A DNA stretch of 64,000 nucleotides from Paraphysomonas bandaiensis (Eukaryota; Protista; Chrysophyceae): the NCBI GenBank assembly GCA_965644295.1, contig CBFFRP010000080.1, forward strand, positions 248,001 to 312,000, given 5' to 3'. This document shows, in pieces, positions 13,361 through 26,200 of this stretch. The notes below the pieces were generated by a model, which did no database searches, had not been told where the DNA came from, and worked only from the letters and a program-made list of their open reading frames with translations. Numbering within the stretch: position 1 is the first letter of the stretch; each line of letters begins with the position of its first letter. The position numbers and the translations under genes were made by a program.

Positions 13361-14210
13361 ATGTACGCGAGAGCAGCGACGCAAAGTGATGTGTATGATT
13401 TACTGGAACTTGAGAGGTGTTGTTGGGCAACACACCTTCAAGCCACTGAACAAACCATTCGAAACAGGATAACTCGCAACCCTTATGGCCAGTTCGTTGT
13501 TGTAATTAATGATACACTATGCGGTGCTCTGTATACACAAACCATTTTGAGTTCTAAAGAATTAGTTTCCGGAAAATTTGAGAACCAAGAAGATCTCCAC
13601 AACGAGAGAGGAACCACACTTCAACTGCTTGCTATTGCGGTGCAGAGTGTCAGCACAGGAAATCCTGCGGCGTTTTTACGTGATTATGCTCTTCAAGTAG
13701 CCAGAGATGATGCCAAAATCACAACTGTTGTTGCTATGACACGGTGCAGTGCGTACGCACAACAGAGTACAGGTGACTACAACAGATATGTGTTAAGCTG
13801 TAAGGATCCAACTATATTTTTCCATGTTTCTGGTGGTGCTACGATTGAGCAAATTGTTGAGAACTACCGTCCTGAAGATCGTGCTAATCTGGGCAGTGCA
13901 ATTTTGATACGTTATTCTTTGGATGCTTGCGTCAATGCGCCCACCTCTGGGGCATTTCCCGAGAAGTCTGAGGAATTTAGTGCTCCAATAGCGAGCACTC
14001 TTCTTGAAGATATCTGCAAGAAGCTTATCGAAATAAATCCACAGTGTGCATTTGTTAATGATCTTGGCGGAACTCCACTGATGACTGTAATCGACTCGCT
14101 CCAAGTTCTTGTTCTACACAGTTGGTTGGAGACAAGGTTGAGCCGTGACCTCTCACCAACATTTCTCTTTAATTATACCACACCGAAGAGCATTATTAAC
14201 GGCATATATG
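13361..14210 (+). other. PKS loading module: GNAT-like domain + ACP0
   Basis: VVAMTRC, DPTIFFHVSGGA and NYRPEDRANLGSAILIRY match CurA/SxtA-type GNAT-like initiation domains (conserved Thr and His). ACP: IDSL...LSPTFLFNYTTP. Confidence 0.88.
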
Positions 14211-17200
14211 GATCACCAGTTGCATCTGAAATATCGTACCAATCTTCTTCTGAGCCATTGGCAATTATTGGTACCTCATGCAAATTTCCTGGTGAAATAA
14301 ACTCTCTGCATGATATGTGGCGGAATATTGTCTCGAAAGCATGTGCCTCATCTGAAGTCCCATTTGATCGGTGGGACTTAAACGCTTTAGATTTAGAGAA
14401 ACATGGACTCGATCCCAGCCGTCAAAGTTGTGTAAATTTGGGATCTTTTTTGTCCTCAGTCGCACAATTCGATCCTACTTTTTTCGGTATGGGCCAAAGC
14501 GAGGCAGAAAACGTGGATCCACATCAGAGACTTGTTTTAGAAATGGCTGTTCGTGCACTTGCGGATAGTAATATGTCACGAGATAAGTTAGAAGGGCAGT
14601 GTGTGGGAGTATGGGTTGGTATGTCGGGTACTGATGTTAATTCGTTGCCTGGTTGTGGACTGAATGAAAATCACACCGTCTACTCTGCAACTGGATCGTC
14701 TGTTGCTGTGACAGCTGGGAGATTGTCATATCTCTTGGGATTACGTGGACCGGCCATGGTGGTTGATACGGCATGTTCCTCTTCACTAGTTGCACTAAAT
14801 CAGGCTTGTGAGGCTCTCCGAACGGGGAAGTGTAATGCTGCTGTCGTCTCTGCTGTAAATCTCATTTTGACACCATGGACATCTGTTGCGTATGCACGGG
14901 CAGGAATGACATCGCCGGATGGCAAGTGCCACACCTTTGATGAATCCGCCAACGGATACTGCAGAGCTGAAGGATGTGGTGCCTTAGTGTTGAAACGATT
15001 GAGTGATGCAGAACGAGATAATGATGGTATTTATGCAGTTGTTCGAGGGTCGGCAGTGATGCAGGACGGTAAGAGTGCTAGTTTGACAGCCCCCAATGGT
15101 CTTGCCCAGGAGCAGCTTCTTCGTGCGGCATTATCAGATGCTGGAGTGGATGCTGGTGATGTATCTCTTATTGAGGCTCATGGGACTGGGACGAAATTAG
15201 GTGATCCTATTGAGACGGAGGCTTTATCGTCGGTATATGGTCATGGGCGGAGTGAAGAGAATACATTGTATGTTTCGAGTGTAAAAGCGAATATCGGTCA
15301 TATGGAGGCAGCAGCTGGTATAGGAGGTATATTGTCAGCGATATTGGCACTTCATTATAAGCAAGCTCCTCCAAATGCCCAGCTGCGTGAGCTGAATTCG
15401 AAGGTGGCAGCATCTGTGTCAGGCAGTCCAATTTCGTTTCCCACGGAACCTACACCCTTGGTTCGACATGGGGATCGTCCTTTGTTAGCTGGAGTGAGTT
15501 CATTTGGTTATAGCGGCACAATATCTCATGTGATATTGGAAGAAGCTCCCCTCTCTCACTCCCGCTCGCCTGGTGTACTTTCTAGTAGCAAATCCTCCTC
15601 CACTGTATTGTCGGAAACATGTATAGCGGGTATGGTGTGGCAGTTTGCTGGACAGGGGACACTCAGTGTTGGCGCATTGCGCGATATGTATGAGTCGGAG
15701 TCCACATTTCGTGACGCTTTGAGTCGGTGTGATGATATTCTTCGATCTCATCTGGGTGTAGGTGCATCTGAGTTATTGTATCCTGGGATCTGTGGTAGTT
15801 TGACTGAGATTAGTGCAGCGGAGCACCTTTCGGAGACTGTGTACTCTCAGCCTATACTGGTGGCTCTTGAGTATTGTCTGAGTCAGGTATGGTTGTCACG
15901 GGGTATTCGCCCAGCTGCAGTGATGGGTCACAGTCTAGGAGAGTATGCAGCTGCTATTGTCAGCGGAGTTTTGTCATTGGAGGATAGTTTGCGACTGGTG
16001 TGTATACGTGGTCGCTTGATGCAGGAGAGTGATGGATGTGTGGGTTGCATGTATGCCGTCCGAGCAACAGCTGATGAGGTAATCAGTGCAATCTCTGATT
16101 CAGGTTTGACGAACGAAGTGTCTGTGGCTGCAGTGAATGGACTTCGTAGTGTAGTAGTATCCGGGTCTGTGGATGGAGTTCAGAAAGTGTTGAACAGCAC
16201 TGGTTTGATGAATATAAGCCATCGTCAGTTGAATGTATCGAGGGCATTTCACTCTCCGTTGATGGCAGATATTATTTCTGCTTATGAGAAGGAGCTGCTA
16301 TTAGTACAGTTTAATCATCCGACGGTTAAGTTTGTGTCTACTGTGACGGGACATTATGCGGATGAGGAGTTAATATCATCGTCATATTGGTTGAAGCATA
16401 TATTGCAGCCAGTGTTGTATGAGTCAGCAGTGGAGGTATGTTATAGTGGAGAGAGTCGTGATGGCACCTGTGTGTTTGTTGAGATGGGAGCGAATTCTAC
16501 ATTGAGCCGTTTAGTTCGAGTTAATCGTTTTAACATTGAATGTCTTAATGGGTTTGATATAATTGATATTTCAGCGAAGTACTGTTGGGGTTACCGACCT
16601 CGATATGTTCGTTATAAGCATCCGAATCACCGCGTTTTCCATGATAGCACTATATCTTTACGTGATAAAAGTATATGCTTCTACGGAAATATAACTGGTT
16701 TTCATATTAAAGAGGGTGCTAAATGTTTCCGGAGTTCTGGTGTTTTAGAAGCTGTAACCAGTGCCTTTATTTTGAACACTTTTTCGAAGTTGAACTCTGA
16801 TAATGTCTTCGTATCTTTAATTAATGTAAAGTTTACGCAGCATCGATTTCAGAAAGAGCGCGTTAGCACGGTTGTCTGCGAACTGAATACTTCATCTGAG
16901 TTTTTGCTCTATGCGGCGACTGATAACGATATGTACGAGATTTCAAGTGGCAGTGTTGGACTTAAGAAGCAGTTTGCTACACTCCCGTGTACGAGAGATC
17001 GTAATGGCCTTGACCTTAGCTTTCTCTCCCCATTGGAATTGCGAAGTTTTTCTGATGCTTTTGTCACGCTGAGTACGTTTGAATTTAACGAGGTTTCATT
17101 CCAGAGCACTTTTCGTAATGTTGCAGTTTCCGAAGAGCCAGGCTTCTCGCTTCATCCTGTTATATTCGAAGCAGCATTTCGAAGTTGCACAGCCCATATG

Positions 17201-20200
17201 ACAAAACTTAATATGCACGACGTATGGATATCATACTGTGAGGAAGTTGTGATCAATGGGAATCGCGATTTCCTTCCACTACAATGTAGTAAGTTTTATT
17301 GTCATGGAGTTGTCAAGTCAAGAACTTTGACTAGTGTTGTATATGATATCTTTGTGTGGAATTCACATGGAGATTTTCTCACAACTTTGAGAGGTTTAAC
17401 TGTAGTTCGTAGTGCCACAATTTCAGATCTGTTGTACCTGAACAGTTCCCTCGTTGAGTGTAAGTTTTTGCCTTTATCAAATGACTTAATTGGTATTAGT
17501 ACTCTTGGAATTTTTGGTTTTGAGGGCTTGAGTGTTGGCGTGAAAGAAATTTTAGAAACGGTATATTCGAGCGTGCATATTGAAATGCATGAATTAAGTG
17601 ATATTACGAACAAAACAGCATTGGATAGCTGTGATGCTTGTGTGATTCTACTCGACAAACTGTCCTGTGGAGATATTCGTCATTGTTTAAATATTTTGGA
17701 GGCCGCTTATATGACGTCTTCACCGCGGTTTCTATTTCTTACAGTCAACGCATTATGCAAAGAAATTGAGCCTTTTTCCTCTTTTTATGCTACATTTGCT
17801 GGTGCTGCTCGATGCGCACAATTGGAAAATCGTGAGGCCAAAATATCTGTTGTAGATATGTACTGTACTGGGCAAATTGTCGAAAGTGCAAGCAAAGTCA
17901 TTATAAACGAGCTGCCACTTCTTGGCTCCGAAATGGAGGTAGCATATTGCAACGATTTGCGTAATGTTAGGAGATATGCGCCACTCGATATATCAACTAC
18001 AGGATATATACGCCTATCATGCAGCGAGGATGTCGATCAAGGTACATATATTATTACAGGTGGGTTAGGTGGACTTGGACTATTGACTGCAAGGGTATTA
18101 GCTAGTCATGGTGCGTCTAGATTAGTACTTTTATCTCGATCTGGCAAGGTATCATATACCGGCCAGGGTCTGGAGTTGGAATTGGAGTGGCTTCGGGAGT
18201 CTTCTGGCAGTGAGGTTCATGTGATGTGTTGCGACGTATCTGACGAGTCTTCTGTAGTGGATATGTTGCGAGAGGTTCGTGAGATGGGTGGGGGTATTCG
18301 GGGAATCATTCATGCAGCAGGAGTACTTCGTGATGCGTTGATTCGTGGGGGTGGTGCGGCATCTGGTTGTGCTGATGTGTGGGCATCTAAGGCGCACAGT
18401 GCGTGGTTATTACACAAGCACACGTTGGAGGATTCCCTTTCAACATTTGTTGTATATTCGTCAATCGTATCCGCTATCGGAAATATTGGTCAATCTGCTT
18501 ATGGTGCCGCAAATAGTTATTTGGATGGACTTGTAGAGTATCGTGTTCGTAACGGTTTACCTGGTGTTAGTATTCGGTGGCCGGCGGTTACTGGAGTTGG
18601 TATGGCGGCAGCAACGGGTGTTGATGGCGTAGGTATTACAATTGGGTCATCATCCGTTGAGAATGTATTGAAATGTTTGGTGCTAAGTAATCGTGCCGTT
18701 GAGGGTGTTATCACTATAGCTCCCCATGGTATGAAGGATTGGATGTCTGACAGTATTAAACAACAGTTTTCAAATGTTAGATTGCTTCAACCAGTGCAGA
18801 CTAATACATCTATGGCCGTAACTGGGTCGTCAACTAGGCCCCGAATAAGATCTATTGTCTGTGAGCGGTCTATTGAGGATGTGGTGTATACCGTTCGTAG
18901 TATAGTAGAATCGTTACTAGAAGTCTCCGGCGTCTCCGAAACTGACCAAGTGATGGACATGGGACTGGATTCTCTAGCTGTCACTGAGTTAGCCAGTAAG
19001 TTAGCATCTGAGTTTGGGGTTCGTGTTCTTCCGACGTTGGTGTTTAATTATCCTACACTACGGGATATAACAGGACATATTATAGATCTCCTGGGACTGT
19101 CAGAGTCCATCACAACCACGGAATCACCTGGGTGTCTGCCTCCATATGAGGGAAGGGGAAACAGTGACATGGCCATCATTGGTGTAAGTTGTCGCCTTCC
19201 TGGTGATATTAATGATCTTGAGTCCATGTGGAGCATGTTATGTGGGCGCTGCGACATGACAAGCGAAGTATCACCGTATCGCTGGGACACAGATGGATTG
19301 ATGGCACGTAGTTCACTGGCGGATCCAAGTATATTAAACCGTGTTCGATATGGTGGTTTCTTGTCTGATGAAGTTTTGGAAAGCTTTGATGCATCGTTGT
19401 TTGGAATTTCTGACGCAGAGGCCATGCATATGGATCCTCGTCATAGATTGTTATTGGAAAGCAGTTACGAGGCTCTGGTGGATGCAGGGTATAATGTTTC
19501 TGAGCTGAAAGGAAAGAAAGTTGGGGTTTTCGTCGGGATATCTGGCTTACCAGATAATGACACATCTGATCATCGAAAATCTTTCTCTGTCTATGATGCT
19601 ACTGGAAAGGCGTTGTCCGTAGCAAGTGGAAGAATATCTTATGCATTTGGATTGCAAGGTCCTTGCTGGACCGTAGATACAGCTTGTTCGTCATCAATTG
19701 TGGCTATTCACTCTGCTAGAAGAAGTCTTCAGTTGAAGGAATGTGAGGTGGCAATTGTAGGAACCGCAACGGCACTGACATCTGAATTGAGTATTGCATG
19801 TGCTATGGCTGGCATGACATCGCCTGATGGCAAGTGCTACACCTTTGACGAGTCAGCCAACGGATACTGCAGAGCGGAAGGATGTGGTACCTTAGTGTTG
19901 AAACGATTGAGTGATGCAGAACGAGATAATGATGGTATTTATGCAGTTGTACGAGGGTCGGCAGTGATGCAGGACGGTAAGAGTGCTAGTTTGACAGCCC
20001 CCAATGGTCTTGCCCAGGAGCAGCTTCTTCGTGCGGCATTATCAGATGCCGGTGTGGATGCTGGTGATGTATCTCTTATTGAGGCTCATGGGACTGGGAC
20101 GAAACTAGGTGATCCTATTGAGACGGAGGCTTTATCGTCGGTATATGGTCATGGACGAAGTGAAGAGAATACATTGTATGTTTCTGGTGTAAAAGCGAAT

Positions 20201-23200
20201 ATCGGTCACATGGAGGCAGCAGCTGGTATAGGAGGTATATTGTCAGCGATATTGGCACTTCATTATAAGCAAGCTCCTCCAAATGCCCAGCTGCGTGAGC
20301 TGAACTCGAAGGTGGCAGCATCTGTGTCAGGCAGTCCAATTTCGTTTCCCACGGAACCTACTCCATTGGTTCGACATGGGGATCGTCCTTTGTTAGCTGG
20401 AGTGAGTTCATTTGGTTATAGCGGCACAATATCTCATGTGATATTGGAAGAAGCTCCCATCTCTCACTCCCGCTCGCCTGGTGTACTTTCTAGTAGCAAA
20501 TCCTCCTCCACTGTATTGTCGGAAACATGTATAGCGGGTATGGTGTGGCAATTTGCTGGACAGGGGACACTCAGTGTTGGCGCATTGCGCGATATGTATG
20601 AGTCGGAGTCCACATTTCGTGACGCTTTGAGTCGGTGTGATGATATTCTTCGATCTCATCTGGGTGTAGGTGCATCTGAGTTATTGTATCCTGGGATCTG
20701 TGGTAGTTTGACTGAGATTAGTGCAGCGGAGCACCTTTCGGAGACTGTGTACTCTCAGCCTATACTGGTGGCTCTTGAGTATTGTCTGAGTCAGGTATGG
20801 TTGTCACGGGGTATTCGCCCAGCTGCAGTGATGGGTCACAGTCTAGGAGAGTATGCAGCTGCTATTGTCAGCGGAGTTTTGTCATTGGAGGATAGTTTGC
20901 GACTGGTGTGTATACGTGGTCGCTTGATGCAGGAGAGTGATGGATGTGTGGGTTGCATGTATGCCGTCCGAGCAACAGCTGATGAGGTAATCAGTGCAAT
21001 CTCTGATTCAGGTTTGACGAACGAAGTGTCTGTGGCTGCAGTGAATGGACCTCGTAGTGTGGTAATATCCGGGTCTGTGGATGGAGTTCAGAAAGTGTTG
21101 AACAGCACTGGTTTGATGAATATGAGTCATCGTCAGTTGAATGTATCGAGGGCATTTCACTCTCCGTTGATGGCAGATATTATTTCTGCTTATGAGAAGG
21201 AGCTGCTATTAGTACAGTTTAATCATCCGACGGTTAAGTTTGTGTCTACTGTGACGGGACATTATGCGGATGAGGAGTTAATATCATCGTCATATTGGTT
21301 GAAGCATATATTGCAGCCAGTGTTGTATGAGTCAGCAGTGGAGGTATGTTATAGTGGAGAGAGTCGTGATGGCACCTGTGTGTTTGTTGAGATGGGAGCG
21401 GATTCTACATTGAGCCGTATTGGAGCATCTGCTATTCGTAAAGTTTTGGTGGATACATCTTGTTGTAGTTGGTTACACGGTATGAGTGTTGAGAACTTTT
21501 CAGCTTCTGGATTTAACAAGTTGTTTTCTCATAAACGGTTCCGGCTGAGGAAATTTTATCATCGTTTACTTGATTGTGCTGTTACTAGTTTGTTATCCAG
21601 TGCGACGGAGATGCACACTATCCTACACGGTGGGATCATAAATGAATGGTTAGGTCAACATGTGGTCCGTGGAGACATTGTGCTACCGGGTGCAGCAATG
21701 ATAGATATGGGCCTTGCTGTGGCATTGAGACAGCGTGTTGTTCATCAGAGCACTTATTCTGACGTGGTACTTCACTTGGAAGCGTTCAGTGTCACTCGAC
21801 CTCTCATTGTAGTTGACAGCAGTGCGTCTTCTACGTCCCCAACTGAGATGTGGTGTGTACATAGGGATGATAATAATATTCAGTGGCAAAGTTGTTTGGA
21901 TGGAAATAATGTAGAATTGAATGCTCAGTGTTCTGTAAATACTGTAAAAAATGGGGTACCAGTGGAGTGGCATGAATTAGAGAAGAAACTGATTGCACTA
22001 CGTGAAATTTGCAACCACGAACTCAACGTTTCTCAGCTGTACGCACGATTTGTTGACAGTGGTTTGTGTTATGGGCCTAAGTTTCAACTAGTAACGTCCT
22101 TGCATTGTGATACTGATGGGAAGAATGTTATCTCTCGATTGTCAATCGGGGATGTCAGTATGACTAGTTTATATTTGTTGCCGCCTCCATTTTTGGATGC
22201 CGTGCTACAGTCTGCTGTGGCAGCTAATATGTTTAGAGGTATCGAAGAGATGCAAGTACCATATGCCATCGACAATGTATGGTTGCGATGTGATGGATTA
22301 GCATCTCTGTGGGCAGCCGAGTGGTGTGAGGTCCATGTCGAGGCTCGCAGCATCACATCTGAGATGTCGATATTCGACCTGTATTTGTTTAGTGGGTCTG
22401 GTGAAGCTGTTTTAGTTGTAAATGGGTTGCGATGTGTTAGTTTTTCCGGAGGCTTGATGGATTCATGCAATTTGTTCTTGCATCGGTGGACTCCCTCAGT
22501 TTCTCCTTGCATTGATGGGGTTGCATTACATCATGTGTTGATTCTTGGTGACCCCGCTATGGGGAATATGTTGGGTCATGCACTGAATGAATATACCACT
22601 GTTGGTGCGATTGACATGGCTGCAAAAGATAATGTGAAGAACTATGACTTGGTTATTTTACAAGCTGGTGGTGATGCTGAACATGGCGATAGTGGTAGGA
22701 TGGTTACAAAACTTTTAGCCGAACTGGAATGGCTATGTACTCGCACATCTCGTGTTTTAATTTTATCTTATTCAAATGCATCAAGTACCCAAATTAATGC
22801 ATTTAGAAACACTGCTTGCACTTTGTCCGGTATAGTGAAATGTCTTCAATTGGAATGCCCTTTTCTGAAAATGTCTGTTGTAAACGTTGAACCTTATGTT
22901 GCGCTCTCTCAATCCAGTGAATCTGTCCACGAAAATGATACATCATTGTCTTATGCGCAAAGGGTGTTCTCTGCTTTGCAGAATGAGATATCTATAATGG
23001 ACGATGAGATGGAAGTTAAGTATCGTGATGGTGTGCGTATGATGAAGCGCTACGAGCCACTAGATTTACCTGCTATCAATACTGGTGACAATCGCAATGT
23101 GGAGGGAGGTACATTCATCATAACCGGTGGGTTAGGTGGACTTGGACTATTGACTGCAAGGGTATTAGCTAGTCATGGTGCGTCTAGATTAGTACTTTTA

Positions 23201-26200
23201 TCTCGATCTGGCAAGGTATCATATACCGGCCAGGGTCTGGAGTTGGAATTGGAGTGGCTTCGGGAGTCTTCTGGCAGTGAGGTTCATGTGATGTGTTGCG
23301 ACGTATCTGACGAGTCTTCTGTAGTGGATATGTTGCGAGAGGTTCGTGAGATGGGTGGGGGTATTCGGGGAATCATTCATGCAGCAGGAGTACTTCGTGA
23401 TGCGTTGATTCGTGGGGGTGGTGCGGCATCTGGTTGTGCTGATGTGTGGGCATCTAAGGCGCACAGTGCGTGGTTATTACACAAGCACACGTTGGAGGAT
23501 TCCCTTTCAACATTTGTTGTATATTCGTCAATCGTATCCGCTATCGGAAATATTGGTCAATCTGCTTATGGTGCCGCAAATAGTTATTTGGATGGACTTG
23601 TAGAGTATCGTGTTCGTAACGGTTTACCTGGTGTTAGTATTCGGTGGCCGGCGGTTACTGGAGTTGGTATGGCGGCAGCAACGGGTGTTGATGGCGTAGG
23701 TATTACAATTGGGTCATCATCCGTTGAGAATGTATTGAAATGTTTGGTGCTAAGTAATCGTGCCGTTGAGGGTGTTATCACTATAGCTCCCCATGGTATG
23801 AAGGATTGGATGTCTGACAGTATTAAACAACAGTTTTCAAATGTTAGATTGCTTCAACCAGTGCAGACTAATACATCTATGGCCGTAACTGGGTCGTCAA
23901 CTAGGCCCCGAATAAGATCTATTGTCTGTGAGCGGTCTATTGAGGATGTGGTGTATACCGTTCGTAGTATAGTAGAATCGTTACTAGAAGTCTCCGGCGT
24001 CTCCGAAACTGACCAAGTGATGGACATGGGACTGGATTCTCTAGCTGTCACTGAGTTAGCCAGTAAGTTAGCATCTGAGTTTGGGGTTCGTGTTCTTCCG
24101 ACGTTGGTGTTTAATTATCCTACACTACGGGATATAACAGGACATATTATAGATCTCCTGGGACTGTCAGAGTCCATCACAACCACGGAATCACCTGGGT
24201 GTCTGCCTCCATATGAGGGAAGGGGAAACAGTGACATGGCCATCATTGGTGTAAGTTGTCGCCTTCCTGGTGATATTAATGATCTTGAGTCCATGTGGAG
24301 CATGTTATGTGGGCGCTGCGACATGACAAGCGAAGTATCACCGTATCGCTGGGACACAGATGGATTGATGGCACGTAGTTCACTGGCGGATCCAAGTATA
24401 TTAAACCGTGTTCGATATGGTGGTTTCTTGTCTGATGAAGTTTTGGAAAGCTTTGATGCATCGTTGTTTGGAATTTCTGACGCAGAGGCCATGCATATGG
24501 ATCCTCGTCATAGATTGTTATTGGAAAGCAGTTACGAGGCTCTGGTGGATGCAGGGTATAATGTTTCTGAGCTGAAGGGAAAGAAAGTTGGGGTTTTCGT
24601 CGGCTTAACAGGTTTACCAGATAATGACTCATCTGATCATCGAAAATCTTTCTCTGTCTATGATGCTACTGGAAAGGCGTTGTCCGTAGCAAGTGGAAGA
24701 ATATCTTATGCATTTGGATTGCAAGGTCCTTGCTGGACCGTAGATACAGCTTGTTCGTCATCAATTGTGGCTATTCACTCTGCTAAAAGTAGTATGTATC
24801 GAAATGAATGCGATATTGCAGTCGTTTGTTCTTCATCTGTCATTCCATTGGACAGTAGTGTTGCATGTGCTGTGGCTGGCATGACATCGCCTGATGGCAA
24901 GTGCCACACCTTTGACGAGTCAGCCAACGGGTACTGTAGAGCTGAGGGATGTGGTGCCTTAGTGTTGAAGCGATTGAGTGATGCAGAACGAGATAATGAT
25001 GGTATTTATGCAGTTGTACGAGGGTCGGCAGTGATGCAGGACGGTAAGAGTGCTAGTTTGACAGCCCCCAATGGTCTTGCCCAGGAGCAGCTTCTTCGTG
25101 CGGCATTATCAGATGCCGGAGTGGATGCTGGTGATGTATCTCTTATTGAGGCTCACGGGACTGGGACGAAATTAGGTGATCCTATTGAGACGGAGGCTTT
25201 ATCGTCGGTATATGGTCATGGGCGAAGTGAAGAGAATACATTGTATGTTTCTGGTGTAAAAGCGAATATCGGTCACATGGAGGCAGCAGCTGGTATAGGA
25301 GGTATATTGTCAGCGATATTGGCACTTCATTATAAGCAAGCTCCTCCAAATGCCCAGCTGCGTGAGCTGAATTCGAAGGTGGCAGCATCTGTGTCAGGCA
25401 GTCCGATTTCGTTTCCCACGGAACCTACTCCATTGGTTCGACATGGGGATCGTCCTTTGTTAGCTGGAGTGAGTTCATTTGGTTACAGCGGCACAATATC
25501 TCATGTGATATTGGAAGAAGCTCCCATCTCTCACTCCCGCTCGCCTGGTGTACTTTCTAGTAGCAAATCCTCCTCCACTGTATTGTCGGAAACATGTATA
25601 GCGGGTATGGTGTGGCAATTTGCTGGACAGGGGACACTCAGTGTTGGCGCATTGCGCGATATGTATGAGTCGGAATCTACGTTTCGTGACGCTTTGAGTC
25701 GGTGTGATGATATTCTTCGATCTCATCTGGGTGTAGGTGCATCTGAGTTATTGTATCCTGGGATCTGTGGTAGTTTGACTGAGATTAGTGCAGCGGAGCA
25801 CCTTTCGGAGACTGTGTACTCTCAGCCTATACTGGTGGCTCTTGAGTATTGTCTGAGTCAGGTGTGGTTGTCACGGGGTATTCGCCCAGCTGCAGTGATG
25901 GGTCACAGTCTAGGAGAGTATGCAGCTGCTATTGTCAGCGGAGTTTTGTCATTGGAGGATAGTTTGCGACTGGTGTGTATACGTGGTCGCTTGATGCAGG
26001 AGAGTGATGGATGTGTGGGTTGCATGTATGCCGTCCGAGCAACAGCTGATGAGGTAATCAGTGCAATCTCTGATTCAGGTTTGACGAACGAAGTGTCTGT
26101 GGCTGCAGTGAATGGACCTCGTAGTGTGGTAATATCCGGGTCTGTGGATGGAGTTCAGAAAGTGTTGAACAGCACTGGTTTGATGAATATGAGTCATCGT

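Noticed and set aside
13128-13472. Independent 114-aa overlapping ORF, or a plastid-targeting signal
   Set aside because: Its 3' part is predicted intron plus out-of-frame PKS sequence, and there is no N-terminal signal peptide or ASAFAP motif.
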